A stretch of DNA of 64,000 bases from Chrysomallon squamiferum (Eukaryota; Animalia; Mollusca): assembly GCA_012295275.1 (NCBI GenBank), contig CM022676.1, positions 14,818,001-14,882,000 of the forward strand, in the 5' to 3' direction. A program made the position numbers and the translations under genes. Below, piece after piece: positions 1 through 14,036 of the stretch (positions are counted from its first letter, which is position 1; each line of letters starts with the position of its first letter). Under the pieces are notes generated by a model that saw only the letters and a list, made by a program, of their open reading frames with translations, did no database searches and was not told the origin of the DNA.

Positions 1-43
<43 letters not shown>

Positions 44-719
44 GTCATAAGCAGTGGATATCTAAATAAAAACATGTACATAAATAAAACGGCAGAAATT
101 GGAATAATCAGCCAAGTCGTGAAGCCGCTTTGTCTCTCAAAGGCGAGGTGCGAGCAGTGTCACCAGAATTACAATAAAAGTAAACCTGAGCATGTCTGAC
201 TTGCATTTACAGATAGTTTCTTTGTTCATGACAGGACTGATGATTGTGTAACCAAAGTAATCTTCTTTTAATGATTCAAATCAAACCAGAAGCTGATTTT
301 ATTTGTTTTCGAAAGTGTGTTAAATAACTGATTTCAGATTCTTTAATGTTATATTTATGGACAAAACATGTAATTGAGATGACGTACATATATTAAGTTT
401 TCTTGGTAACAGTAGTAGACGTATATTTCAAAACTAATTATATATAAAACAATGTAAAAATTACAGCTATATTTGGCAATTAAAGTTTTGTTATAAATAT
501 TTTCATTGGTTTTTATTTGTCAGTGTTTATACTTTCTTGTTTTGATCTATTTACAATACTGAAAACATCGCTGCCCGTTTTGTCACAAATAGAAATGAAT
601 CATTTGTACTTTTTTTTTTTCTGTGTTCATTTCATCTCAAGACTTTTCAAATAATGCTAGAGGTTCTTAATTATATTACTAAACGTATTTTGTACCAATA
701 CTGCACCAGTAACAACAAC

Positions 720-789
<70 letters not shown>

Positions 790-1332
790 GAAATAATAAT
801 AATAATGTCTGAAGAAAATATTTAACTTTTTGTCTGTGATAAAGGTAAACACGGATATCATGGATAAATTGCATTTGTATGTGAATGTAAATATACACAA
901 GTGTTTACCTATGTATGAATATACACAAATATTAGCGTAGCAGCTTTGTCCATAAGAATGTTTACATCTTCTGCCTGTAAAATGTAACTTGTTATATGGT
1001 TGGTGATTCGGTCTGCCTAATCTGTTAAAAGTCGTTACTTCCCCTTTGAAGATGGACTAATTATCACCTCCGGAGCAATTGGTTTTACGAGCTTTTGTTT
1101 GGCAGAAAGATCTGGCGGCAGACATCTAGCGGCAAGGTTCAAACCACTTTGACAGATAACTCGAGTTAACTTTTTGAATAAGACAGACAACGTTTTGAAT
1201 AAAACAACGGAGTTTTCTTTTCAATTTTATTTTTTTCATATTTGTTTAGGGGAACTGTGGAACGATTCCAGTGGAACTGTCGCTGTCTACAGAACATTCA
1301 GTAAGTGTTCAGACTGGACCTGTATAACTACT

Positions 1333-1400
<68 letters not shown>

Positions 1401-1474
1401 TTTCTCCTTGTATAACCGTTTTGTGATTGTTGAGACAGATTATTCTAGCACTTTACTGCTATAATGAATACAAA

Positions 1475-1650
1475 CATACATACATACATACATACATATA
1501 TACATCCATACATCCATCCATACATATATACATACATACATACATGGATCCTTATCGGAGACCCCGAGAGTCAAGTCAACTACGCTATTAACCTGCCCGA
1601 GACAGACATATATTACATCTGACTGGAATGTCTATCACAGAGGTAAAGCG
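1475..1650 (-). mobile_element. Possible SINE 3' end with (ATGT)n tail
   Basis: The reverse strand tctgtgatagacattccagtcagatgta resembles the 3' part of the SINE at 21513 (tctatgtgcagagtctaatcagacgta) and runs into a tetranucleotide tail. Confidence 0.3.
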
Positions 1651-2530
1651 TCCATAGAGTGACTTGTGTCCTTCTAAAAAAACACTACAACTATATTCTG
1701 TGTATAAGGCACATAAAATATATGGTGTTTTTGCAACAACACGTTACAAATATATCCTGCATATAGAAAGGGAAAGCTTCCATGGATTGACTGGTGTCCT
1801 TGTGAATATACTAAAACTGTATAGTGTGTATCATGGTACGTACTGAACGTATCAGTCTGTGAGGGTCACACTATTAATACTCAGTTTAAAAAAAAAAAAA
1901 AAAAAAACACAAAACAAAGTAAAGTTTCAGTTCAAATCTGATCATAACCAGAACTTCAAAACTAATTGTAACGTGAATAAAACAGAGAGCTTAGCTTTAG
2001 GTATAATATTTAATATTATTTAGTATTTCCTAAGAGAAAACGACTTTGACCAGTGATATATCACTACCTGAAAGACAAATCCTAAGTCACAGCAGATCGT
2101 AAACCTAACATTAATCCTGACTTACGCTGAATTAGCTATTATTCTGGTATCAATATTTTCAATAATTCCGAATGAAACCATAACACTAACCTTAAATCTG
2201 ACCATAGGATTAAATGTAATCTGAGCCCGCCACTAATACCTGCACTGAATTAACTGCATTTACCTGAAAGCACCTGACTATTCCACTAACCCTTATGTCA
2301 TCTTTCGACAGTTCTTAGCCTAATTCAAGTTTAAACCGTAATTTTAAAAGTAAAATAATCATTTTCTTAATTCTAACGCTACATGTAGATGTATCTGATT
2401 TGATGGATGAATGAATATTGAATGAAATAAAGAAAAATGAAGTGGTTGAAAACAAAAATAAACAAAATTTGTTTGTTACTTTCATGTGTCATTACAATGA
2501 CTGTTATATGATAAATACTATTTGCTACAT

Positions 2531-2797
2531 ACAACCCATCCTTGTATAGTAACTTTATTACACTGACAGGAATTGAACCACTGACCTGTCAGTGTGTAAT
2601 AAGAACATTAGTTCACTTGTTACATACAACACATCTTTGTGTAGTAACTTTATTACACTGACAGGATTGAACCACTGACCTGTCAGTATGTAATAAGAAC
2701 ATTAGTTCTCTTGTTACAACACATCTTTGTGTAATAACTTTATTACACTGACAGGAATTGAACCACTGACCTGTCAGTGTGTAATAAGAACATTAGG
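2531..2797. repeat. Three-copy ~90-95 bp minisatellite, each unit with an internal hairpin
   Basis: Units start at 2531, 2626 and 2716. Each contains TTATTACACTGACAGG..CCTGTCAGTGTGTAATAA, an inverted repeat of about 16 bp. Confidence 0.9.
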
Positions 2798-4077
2798 TCA
2801 GCACAACATACCTAACTTTGTAATATATGGAACAAAATATATCGAAAACGGAAATAAATAAATAAACAATAAAAGATAATAATAATAATAAAAAAAAATA
2901 ATAATAAGAATAAGAATTGAGAATAATAAGAGATTCACAGAGAGAGCAGAGAGAATGAGAGTACAGAGTTGTAAAATCTCTTTAATGTCTGTTTGCTTAT
3001 CTCCCGATCCAACCAGTGTTTTTTGTTATTTTTTGGTTTTATTTTAAAGCTGTTCTCTTAAATATCTCTCACAACACCATTTATTCTTTCTACACAGAAG
3101 AGAAAAAGATGACATGAACCAAACAAATATAATTAAAACATTTATTTCTATACTTCTATATTTTGTTTACATTTTTAACAAATTAAATAGAAATTATATT
3201 TTTATGTATAAACAAATTGACAACTTCTTTTATGTCTAATGAATATTGTATACGATATAATTTACTAGCATATTTATTTTACATAAATCTAAATAAAATA
3301 ACACAGACAAATGAATCAAATTGCAGTTCTTAAGTTCATGTCTAACAAACAGTAAACACATAATTTATCTTGATATTAGTTTTAATACGAAGAAATAACA
3401 GTATTTTATTTGATTTGTGACAAAATCTAAAACATAATTTATAATATTTCTTTACAGACTAATGTTATTTAGGCATTTAGATACTTTGCATGTCATGGGA
3501 ATTAATTTAGAGAGAAAAAAAATACACAGCCAAAGACGGGAAAAACATTAATTACAAAAATGATTAAGTTTTTTTGCCTCCTGTTCAGTGAATATTGAAC
3601 GATATAAAAGTTACATTGATATTTAAAATAAAATAAAATACCACTTGGTGTCTAATAGATATTATATATTTACACATGTTTAACAATGAGACATCCATTT
3701 ACAAAGAAAAAAAAATATATATATACATAATACAATTTTTAATATAGAATTAACACATTTTAGGTATTCACATATTTCCTCTATTATATGACAGTTTAAA
3801 AAATACATTAAATAATCAAACAATCTATAATAAATAAATAAATAAAGCAATGAGCTGTTTATGTACATTATACACGTGTCTGTTTGACAGAAGCCAGTGG
3901 ATTAGAGACTTTCAAATAAAGTGTGTATGACGTCATCACTGCTGTCTGACGTCATCAAAGAAAAAATAAGTAAATAAACAAATAAAAAATAAAAATAAAT
4001 AAAAATAAAAAAATAAATAAATAAAAATATGAGTCCAGTGATGACTAAAAGTGACAGTGTTTGAACGATGTTGTTTT

Positions 4078-5298
4078 TTACACTAAAAATAACAAAGCAG
4101 GTATTTGTCCTGTGTCACACATCTGTACGAAGTTGTCTGTCACTGTGTTTAGATTTGTGTGACTCAGAAAATCTACAAACAAAAGAGTCTACAACAATTT
4201 CTGATTTACCTTCAAATCCACACAATGAGTCTTCTCCCTTAACATTAACAAACAAGCTGTACTCAGTGTCTTTAGTAATCTTCACTGGACGTCTGAACAC
4301 GACGTCATACACGTCAGACACGTGTTCATATCTCTGTGTCAGTGTAGACCCGTCCAGTATTTCGTCTGTTCTTGTGTCAGTGACGAAGGCGCTGACGTCG
4401 TAGTTTTGTGGTTCATCGTAACCGTACAACTGAAATCCGCGAAGTAAAGCGTTTTTGTTTACAGAGAAAGTAATGGCGTCGTCTTCTTCACCAGAACATT
4501 TCCAGAATGAACCGAATACTCTACCAAACCTGTTTATTGTAATCTGTGTTTTAGGAATCACTGCAGTTCTCATGTTTGAGTTAAAAGGTGAAACATCTTC
4601 ATCACTGCTCACCAAGTGTTTCAAAATCTTGTGTTCTTCTGTCTCAGTGAGTATGTGAGTGGGTGTCACGTGTTTTACAAAATACGTCTGATCGAGTAAT
4701 GGATAACGCACGTGCTTCACGACCTCTCCCAGTGCTTCGCGCATGTTTTTTTCACTCGTCGTCTTCCCTTGCTTCCTGCACGCGCTGTCAGCCCACTTCA
4801 CAGCGGCTTCAAAAACATTTTTCTCGTCTGCTGTCAGTTCGTCTGATCGTACGATCTCAACCAGACATTCGTGACAAAGATCGGTGACTTCATCTGACTT
4901 CAAAACTTCGTCGCCATTTTTCAAAATGTAGTCCAGACTTTTTCTCCTTAGATCATGTTCATCAAACAGGTGAGCTTGTTCCAGCACGACGCACGCATTC
5001 TGTGACGACAACGACGACTCCAAATAATGTGTGCATTCATCTTCAAGAGTTGTGATGATGTACTTCCTCGATAGATACAGCAGACCGGTGACGTTGTCGC
5101 CTGTTAGGACGACGTCATCCGTATAAAGATATCTGTGTAAAAGAAGTAGAGTAAGACTTTAAAATGTGAGATTACTATGTGAGATCAATTAATTAGAAAA
5201 TAATTAGATTACTAACAAAAACTGTATTGTTATCAACGTTTCTGTCTGTCTGTATGTCTCTCTTCCTCACTGTGTTCGTACGTGTGTGTCTGTGTCTC

Positions 5299-5348
<50 letters not shown>

Positions 5349-5612
5349 AACATACTTTAGAAACTCTGAGAAGATTTCTGCCTTCACATCCGGTACTTTG
5401 ATATTTGACTGTTCGCGAAGTTCTCCACTGAACATTTGATGAAAAACTTCGCTTCGAATCATGAGTATGAACCGATGCGCATCAATTGTCGTTTTATTTT
5501 CTCCCACTACAAATCTGATATCACTGTCAGCTTTCGTACGAAAAACGTGTTCAATACATTGAGTTAATTTCTTCCCTGTCTGCCAACTTGTGATTTCAGC
5601 TGATGTGGCCAT
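4078..5612 (-). CDS. BTB/POZ-BACK-PHR domain protein (BTBD1/2/3/6-like); coding exons 5612-5356 and 5132-~4078; C-terminal frameshift near 4115
   Basis: Exon 1 reads MATSAEITSWQTGKKL..SDIRFVVGE..IDAHRFILMIRSEVFHQMF (BTB) and ends CTA AA|GTATGT. Exon 2 starts ttacacag|A TAT CTT TAT ACG GAT, giving KYLYTDDVVLTGDNVTGLLYLSRKY. It continues through BACK (EKNVFEAAVKWA, HVRYPLL) and PHR (INRFGRV..W..SGEEDDAITFSVN). In-frame TGA at 4115-4117; the canonical terminal GQIPALLFLV* lies in a shifted frame ending at 4078. Confidence 0.88.
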
Positions 5613-5632
5613 GTTTTCACTACAAACAAACG

Positions 5633-5665
<33 letters not shown>

Positions 5666-5716
5666 TGATAATAATTAATATGATAATATGATAATATTAT
5701 AATAATAATATATTAA

Positions 5717-5766
<50 letters not shown>

Positions 5767-6654
5767 ATTCGGAAAAAAGAAATTATTCATATTATAATGT
5801 GGAGAATACAAAATAAATAAATAAATAAATAATTTCATATTAAATTAAAATCATTAAATTAATTAATTAGGGAGATAAACGGAAAAAAAATTATTCACAC
5901 ATGAAACTGTAACCATGAGATCAGAGATATAAAAATAAAATAAATATATAAATAAATAAAAAACAAAAATAAATAAATAAAAATAAATAAATAAATAAAA
6001 TAAAAGATAAAATAAAGAAAGAAAGAAAAAAAAATCGGATATACAAACGATAGAAAAAATTAAATACCTGATACGTATGCTAGTGATTACTATGATGAAA
6101 ACGAAGACAGAAATAATCAAATAAAATTATTTATTATTATTAATAATATTATTATTATAAACAGAGGTGTATAGTCAGGTAAAAAAAAAAAAAAAAACAA
6201 ATAATCACTGTGATGATTTCAAAAAACGATTTTCAAATCGCAATGTAATTGTCGTCATTTATACTAATTTAATTCTCGAAAAGTCAGCAAAATTATCCGT
6301 CAGTGACAGATCTAAAAATAAACATGTAAGAAAACGGAAAGAAAATAATATAAATAAAGGAACAAGATGCGATGTTTTTAAAGTGAAAACAATATAAAAT
6401 ACTTTGTAATTTCAATATGGCTACCTACCTAAAACACTTCTAATCGATAATTTCGGATAAGCGACGACTTTCTGTTTAACCTCTAGAATAGAGTGCAGGT
6501 ATAAACGATCTAAAAATAAAATAGCTAACATATACCAAAAGCCTTCAATAAATAATAACTTATTAAATAAGAACTGTATTAGGGTACTACTACTAATAAA
6601 ACAGAAAAATACATACTAAAGACCAGGTTAAAATGTTTATGTCCTTGTGGTATT

Positions 6655-7572
6655 TAGGACGATGTGACGAATTCACTGTTAATACATTGTGCAGATAAGT
6701 GCAGAAAATAAAATAAAAAATATTTGTCTACATTGTGAAAAGATAAATAATTTCAATAACGACGCTACATAGAAACACAGCAACAACAAAAACAGAGTTA
6801 GTTCCAAAAAACCAAATGAAAAGGAAATCGAAAATAGTACAGTATATGAGATAATATTATTATTTTTTCATCCGTAACATCCATATAAGAGAATTGTAAA
6901 TACAATTTCAGTATCTGACAACACATTTTGAAGTCAGTTTTTACGTAACATTTTTCATGTGAATATAAAAGAACACCTCACACTATAACGACCTATTTGT
7001 TAGAGAACTAACTCTGATATATCTAAAAATAATCAAATTAAGATCACTCGAATCGTTAAAACATAATAAATTATAAAATATCACCCGCTTTCAATATGGC
7101 CGACTTGTTTCACTTCTGTTTGTTTACTTTTAGCTATCAGAATCCGCCACTGATAAACACGTGACTGACGTCAAATATCTTACACGTCATCAAGTGTCAC
7201 TTCTTAGGTTTGAATGTCAGATTAAAATAAACAAATCGTGTTACGAGACATGTACACTCATCTTAAACACATTTTTCCTTAGAGTAGATTATATTCATTT
7301 TATGTAGTCCTATTACATTGCACTGTTTACATTTATTTTATATAATGTATATAATAACAAAAACAACAACTACGACGACGACAATAACACAACAACAACA
7401 ACAACAACAACAACAATAATAATAATAATAATAATAATTCAAAAGAAAAAGGAAAAATAAGTGTAACTATTAGTTTAGAACGATATCGGTGCCAACTATG
7501 ATCAGTAATTAGTTACAAGCGAGTACTTTCTGTTTAACTATTCTACTATTGATCAATGAGATTAGATGTCAA

Positions 7573-7607
<35 letters not shown>

Positions 7608-7974
7608 GATAGTAAAATACAATAAAATAAAAATTAAATGAATACATAAATAAATAAATGGAATTAATTAAAGTAATAAGATGGATAAAAATATGGAATT
7701 AGCTATACATAGTTCATATGGATTATATTAGAATGATGTCGATTATAATAATACTGATGATGACAACAACAACAACAATAATGAATTTAGTTTAACACTA
7801 CTACTACTAATACTCTCACAACAACGGCTGATATTCCTATGCTGCTACTACAACTACTGCTGCTGCCACTTCTACTACTGAAACTTCTACTATTAAACCT
7901 ATTCTACCATTACAAGAAGCACAAATATCATTATTATTACTACTGCCACAAATCGATTTATTTATATATTAGAG

Positions 7975-8036
<62 letters not shown>

Positions 8037-8570
8037 AATAAAAGAAAATATATATATACTGTAATAATAACAACAACAAGAACATACTAATCGTATCGTG
8101 TGCATGTCTTATTTCTCTGACGATACTCACGTGACCAGTCTATCAAGATACAGCTAACACGTGATTGTTTGTTTCTTATGTAGGTCAGATAAAAACAGTG
8201 TATCACACGAGAACAAAGCTATAGCTGGGTGTTACTTACAACGATCTGACAAATTCATTGTTAATACAGTGTCTGCGCAAAAGTGTAGAAATAAATAGAA
8301 AACGTGTGAAATTATTTAAAATCTTAGAAGATATACAATTTCAATAAAGACAAACACAATAACAACCAGATTACTACAAAACAAACAAACAAACTCGAAA
8401 TTAGGAAATAACGCAATTATACGAGTTAATATTATTATTACGTTTTTATTGGCTAGTTGAATACACATCATTATAAATAAAAGTTATTTGTCTCAGAACA
8501 CATTTTTCAAGTCCGGGTCTACATTATATTTATTTCATGTCTATTTAGAAAACCTAACATCATAATGATC
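6655..8570 (+). repeat. Diverged local duplication of ~330 bp (6655-6995 vs 8240-8570)
   Basis: Colinear blocks: acgatgtgacgaattcactgttaatac / acgatctgacaaattcattgttaatac; aatttcaataa; aatattattatt; aacacatttt..aagtc..tttcatgt. Confidence 0.6.
7085..7190 (-). promoter_or_regulatory. Putative promoter and first non-coding exon of the BTB gene
   Basis: E-box CACGTG (7158-7163) lies next to a full CRE TGACGTCA (7166-7173). A YY1-like GGCCATATTG and a candidate donor CGG|GTGATA (~7084) follow on the minus strand. An acceptor tttgtag sits 7 nt upstream of the BTB ATG, so an upstream exon is expected. Confidence 0.4.
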
Positions 8571-8970
8571 AGTGTCCTACCCACTTCTAGCTAAGTGATC
8601 TTATTTGTCCGTTGTATCGAAACAAACGAACATATAAACATATTGGAAATAATTACAGTGTCATGGTCAGTATGTCACGTGTACATCAGTAGCAGGGAAA
8701 ATCTGTTTATCTTTACCATTGTAGATGAAAAGAAATACACTGACATTTTATACATTGGCTGGAACATGTGATAGACAAAGACGAATATTACATTAGAAGA
8801 AAGGGTTGAATGAAAAAAACAACAAAAATAAAAAAATAAAAAAAATGAAAGAGGGAGGGAAGGACGGACGGAATAAATGTTTTATTTAACGACACACTAA
8901 ACAGATTATATTTATTGATTTGTGTGCTAAGGACTGCTGAGATAAAATGAGAGTAAATCTGTGTATCTAC

Positions 8971-9023
<53 letters not shown>

Positions 9024-9077
9024 ACACACACCTATTCTTATTCACTATATTATCTGAATGTTCAGTTACTATTTGAT

Positions 9078-9108
<31 letters not shown>

Positions 9109-9494
9109 GTGTACATTCGTATTCGTATTCACCAAATAAAATCGGATATTTAAAAAGACTAATCAAAATTGTACAGTGTTCGTTTAGATTTTAGAATATT
9201 CAACATTCATATACATTTCTATCAGCACCTAAAACAATGAACTTAATGTTCGATGTACGTGACACTGATCTTTTTTCTCACGAGGTAAAACTTACTAAAC
9301 TAAAAATTATAACATCAACAAAAAAAAGAAAAAAGAAATCAAAAACAAACAACAGCAAATCATAATAATATTACTAATAATAACAACACCTGCAATATGA
9401 GCAGCAATGATAATTATAATAATAAAATATCAATAAATAAAATGAATAAATAATAACTAAAACTGGAAAGTATTCCACCACTATGATCTTGCAA

Positions 9495-9670
<176 letters not shown>

Positions 9671-10659
9671 AATACAACTTAAATAAAATGAAATGGAATT
9701 CTTACCAGGTTGTATATTTTCTAAGAAGGAGATGACAATCAGGCTGTGTTGCTGTGGAAACCAGGTTTCAGTTGTATGAGACAAACACACAAATACCTGA
9801 TCTAATATACCCGCTTGAAGAGAACTTTGACCATCTCGTGATGGAGATAACAGTCAGGTGAGGTATGCCAGCTTGAAAACATGTCCTTATTTGGTAAACT
9901 GATAATTGCATACGTCAGTTAGAAAAGATTAGTAATAAACAATACACGTTTATCTTTTCTCTTTAACGTGAAATAAAACAGCCAGGTCCGGTTTTGTTTA
10001 AATAACGGGTGGGGTGTGGTATTTTTATATTTAGTTATCAGAACTACTGTAACCTCTAATATTACAACTACCACTACTACAATTACTATTGCTTCTAATA
10101 CTACTAGTACTGATGTTAATACAACTGCTACGGCTTCACTACTAATATCAATACTATTATTAGTACTACAACTAGTTTAACTACTGTTACTACATTGGAT
10201 TGGAGAACTCTTGCTTCTACCAGTACAACCACTCATACTATTGCTCCTATTACCCCGTCTACTTGTATTGCTACAACTAATATTACTGCTACTACTGTTA
10301 CTAATCCTATAGTTGTTAATACTACTCATATTGTTACAGATTTACTACTACAACTACTACTACTGCTATTACTAGTGCAATTACTATTATAGCTACTATA
10401 ACTATTACAGCCGCTATTATTGTTACTGCTACTACTACTGTCTTTTAATTTCAAATTTCTTTATGACATTTTATTCTTTAACAATGACAATATCATTTGT
10501 TTAATCTATTTATACTTATTTATGTATGTTCAACTCGTTTATAACTAGGCTATAACTAACACACGTGTTAGTGATAATATGAGCTACTAATCTGTTTTGT
10601 GAAGTCTAAAGTTTACTAAAGTGTATTACCTCCAGATAAACTGAGTACAAAGCCAAATT

Positions 10660-10695
<36 letters not shown>

Positions 10696-11118
10696 AGAAA
10701 CTAACACTTAGAAAGATAAATAAATAAATATAATTATTTAATTAATTAGAACACATGATTGTGTTGGAATTGTGTAAAAGTTTTTTCAACAGATTTCATC
10801 TCAAATGATTTTGTATATTTATTTATATATTATTATGATGATGACGATCATGATCATCGTCATTATCATCATCATACATATATTCTGAAACTGACATTTT
10901 TGAGAAACTAAGAATTAACGACAATTGGAAATCACAGACACACACGTACAGGCATGTGCCCAAAGAAACACAAACTTACGCACATATACACACATAGATA
11001 TAGAGACTTACACACACGTACATACAGACATATATATATATACATGAACACGCAGAAACACACACACATACACTGAGGCATACACCCACCCAGACATACG
11101 CACATGGCCTTCTCTTAA

Positions 11119-11185
<67 letters not shown>

Positions 11186-11431
11186 GTTATTGTTGTTGTT
11201 GTTGTTGTTATTGTTATTATTATTATTATTGTTGTTGTTATTATTATTGTTATTTTTAAAATAAATCTTCTTTAATCATTACTGGTATTGAAGATAATAT
11301 TGGATACAGAGAAGGAAACAATCTTTGTTTAATCGATTAATATACTTTAAAATATTTCAAACACAATTAATTTAATAGTTCTAGTAGTAGTAGTCGTAGT
11401 AGTAGTAGTTGTAGTAGTAGTAGTTGTAGTA

Positions 11432-11474
<43 letters not shown>

Positions 11475-11925
11475 CAATAATTTCTTTATGATCAAACTTT
11501 TCATTCTTTAATATTGAAAATGCAGTTATATTTTACATCAGTAATTTTCTACGAGCGGTTTGAAACTTTTGTTATCTCTGTTGAACTTGTTATTGACACA
11601 CGAGTTAGTGATAACATGACCTACTAATCTGCTTTGTCAAGTCTAAAGTTCGCTTAGTTGTCTAAATTTATAAAATAGAGATAAAGACTACTTTACTACA
11701 AAGTCAACTTGAGAGAGAGAGAGAAAATAAACAAATGAACAAATAGAGAAATAACTAAATAAAACAATAAACAAACAAATAAACAAACACAAACAAATAA
11801 ATCAATAAATAACAAAAAAGTTAGTAAATATTTAAAAAGAAAATCATCTAAGTTTTATTTTAGTAGTATATTTTGAACAACACACACGAACGCACGAACA
11901 CACATCTATTATTATTATTATTATT

Positions 11926-12000
<75 letters not shown>

Positions 12001-12019
12001 TGGAAATGTCGGAAGAGAA

Positions 12020-13038
12020 TCATACATTATCACACGAGGTGAACCATTGTGTTGTATGGAGACGGGTGTGGATGTTCATAAATATCTTTATCAACAGACT
12101 CGTATAGTCCATGAACATCTGAATATCAGTTCATATATAATATCTTCATTTACCTAATATATGATTCACCTGGAGAAACATTTCAACAAGACACGAGGTG
12201 TCAGTGGAGAGGAGCAGAAATTCAAACTTGGATCACAAGACGTACTCCCCAGTATCGCTGTCACATCTTAAACAGCGCGCAGCTTGATACCAGAGTTTTC
12301 TTCCAACACTTTTCTTCTAATATCTCTTTTGTTGACGAACACGACAGTCGCTGTTAATTTCATTAAATAGTTAGTATTACTGGCTACTGCTGTGATTACT
12401 ACTAAGTTATATGTGTATTGTGTATCCAACAAGGCGACAGGTGTGTGTGTGTGTGTGTGTCTGTGTGTGTGTCTGTGCGTATGTGGACAAACATGCATGC
12501 GCACACACGCAGACACGAACACACATACACACATATATCACTGTTACAGAACGGTTTGTTAGATACCAATACAGCCACATAAATTATTTCTGACACAAAC
12601 ACGCACGCGTACATACGCAGACACGCACACACATACACAAACACATATATCACCGTTTGATATATGCTTGTTACAAACGCTTTGTTATAAACAAATACAG
12701 CCACGTTAATTATTTGTCACATTGCATGTTACTGAAATGGCCGATTTACTCGTAATAAAATTTCGAGTACTGAGAGAATAAACGTGTATAGTTTAGTTAT
12801 GTTATTAAAACAGTTATTACTACAAATACACCAGCACTACTCTTACAACTGTTTTTATTTCCAATATGAATCTCTAGCACAAATAGTTTTCAGGCAACAT
12901 CTGCCAGATTACAGATCAAATAAAATTTATTTTCAAATAAAACTAGAAATAATAGCATGACAAGCAGATGCAAAAGAATACACTGCATACACTCAGAAAT
13001 ATAATAATTATAAAAATCGAGGAATGAGCCAACTGTAT

Positions 13039-13095
<57 letters not shown>

Positions 13096-13225
13096 CATAC
13101 ATACAGACAATTTACAGTTGAGAAGATAACAATATTTGACACTAAAACTTAATCACCATGAATTAGTCACTGAATTCCCAAAACACTGCACAAGATGATG
13201 AATCAGTTTCTTTAGACTGTTGCAA
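12020..13225 (-). pseudogene. Possible decayed transmembrane and cytoplasmic exons of a receptor
   Basis: Candidate exon ~13117-13216 reads ..VLVSNIVIFST|gtaaat. Candidate exon from ~12351 reads aacag|.TVVFVNKRDIRRKVLEENSGIKLR. The 3' part reads SDVHGLYESVDKDIYEHPHPSPYNTMVHLV*. Multiple stops and frameshifts. Confidence 0.25.
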
Positions 13226-13330
13226 AAATAACTTTCTACTGAAAGAAAAAGAAGAAAAAAAAACACAAAGAAAATAACACAATAAAACCACACACCCCCC
13301 AGAAAAAAACAACAACAACAAAACAACAAA

Positions 13331-13369
<39 letters not shown>

Positions 13370-13578
13370 ATATTTTATGGTCACTATAAGCAGAAGATCA
13401 CAGATGATGTTCGCATGAAAAAAGCAGTCTGTTTTGAGGTCTCAGTGTTTTAATGTTGCAAAGTAAAGCTTCCTGCAGAATGGTCACATGGTAATACTAA
13501 AACAAAACGTCACATGTCCTGATTCATCATCTACGTTTGTGATCATCTTGAGATCTGTGAATTTGTAATTGCATGTTA

Positions 13579-13666
<88 letters not shown>

Positions 13667-14036
13667 TTAGGCATACAAAATGAAATTATATAATACAGTT
13701 AGACAGAACCTGAATCATAATTTTAACTTTGAAAAGGAATGCATTTATTCAGTGGAATTAATAGGTGATTTAAAAAGTAACTGACACAAATACACGATTT
13801 TAACAGCTTAGAAGTTTCTAGGTGAGAATCCCAGCCAGTCATTTAACCAAATAATTGAAACTGAAGACAACTGTAACGATTCTCATACATATGTTCATGT
13901 ATGTGATGTCAACACGTAAAGTTCAGTTCTGAAATCAGTTTGGTTCAAATATTGATTGAGCGTGTGATAAAACAACACACTAAAAAGTTAAAAAGTAAAA
14001 TGATCTTGCACATAAGAGGTATTGGAAAGAAAATAG

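Noticed and set aside
2531-2797. Palindromic repeats resembling a CRISPR array
   Set aside because: The sequence between hairpins is also repeated (no unique spacers), the context is eukaryotic and there are no cas genes.
4068-5439. Plus-strand ORFs 4068-4403, 4455-4658, 4663-4887 and 5227-5439
   Set aside because: Antisense shadows of the BTB coding exons.
12268-12350. VVFVNKRDIRRKVL as an LRP/LDLR beta-propeller start (LLFANRRDIRRISL-like)
   Set aside because: No YWTD or EGF exons follow; it fits equally well as a TM end plus basic juxtamembrane segment.
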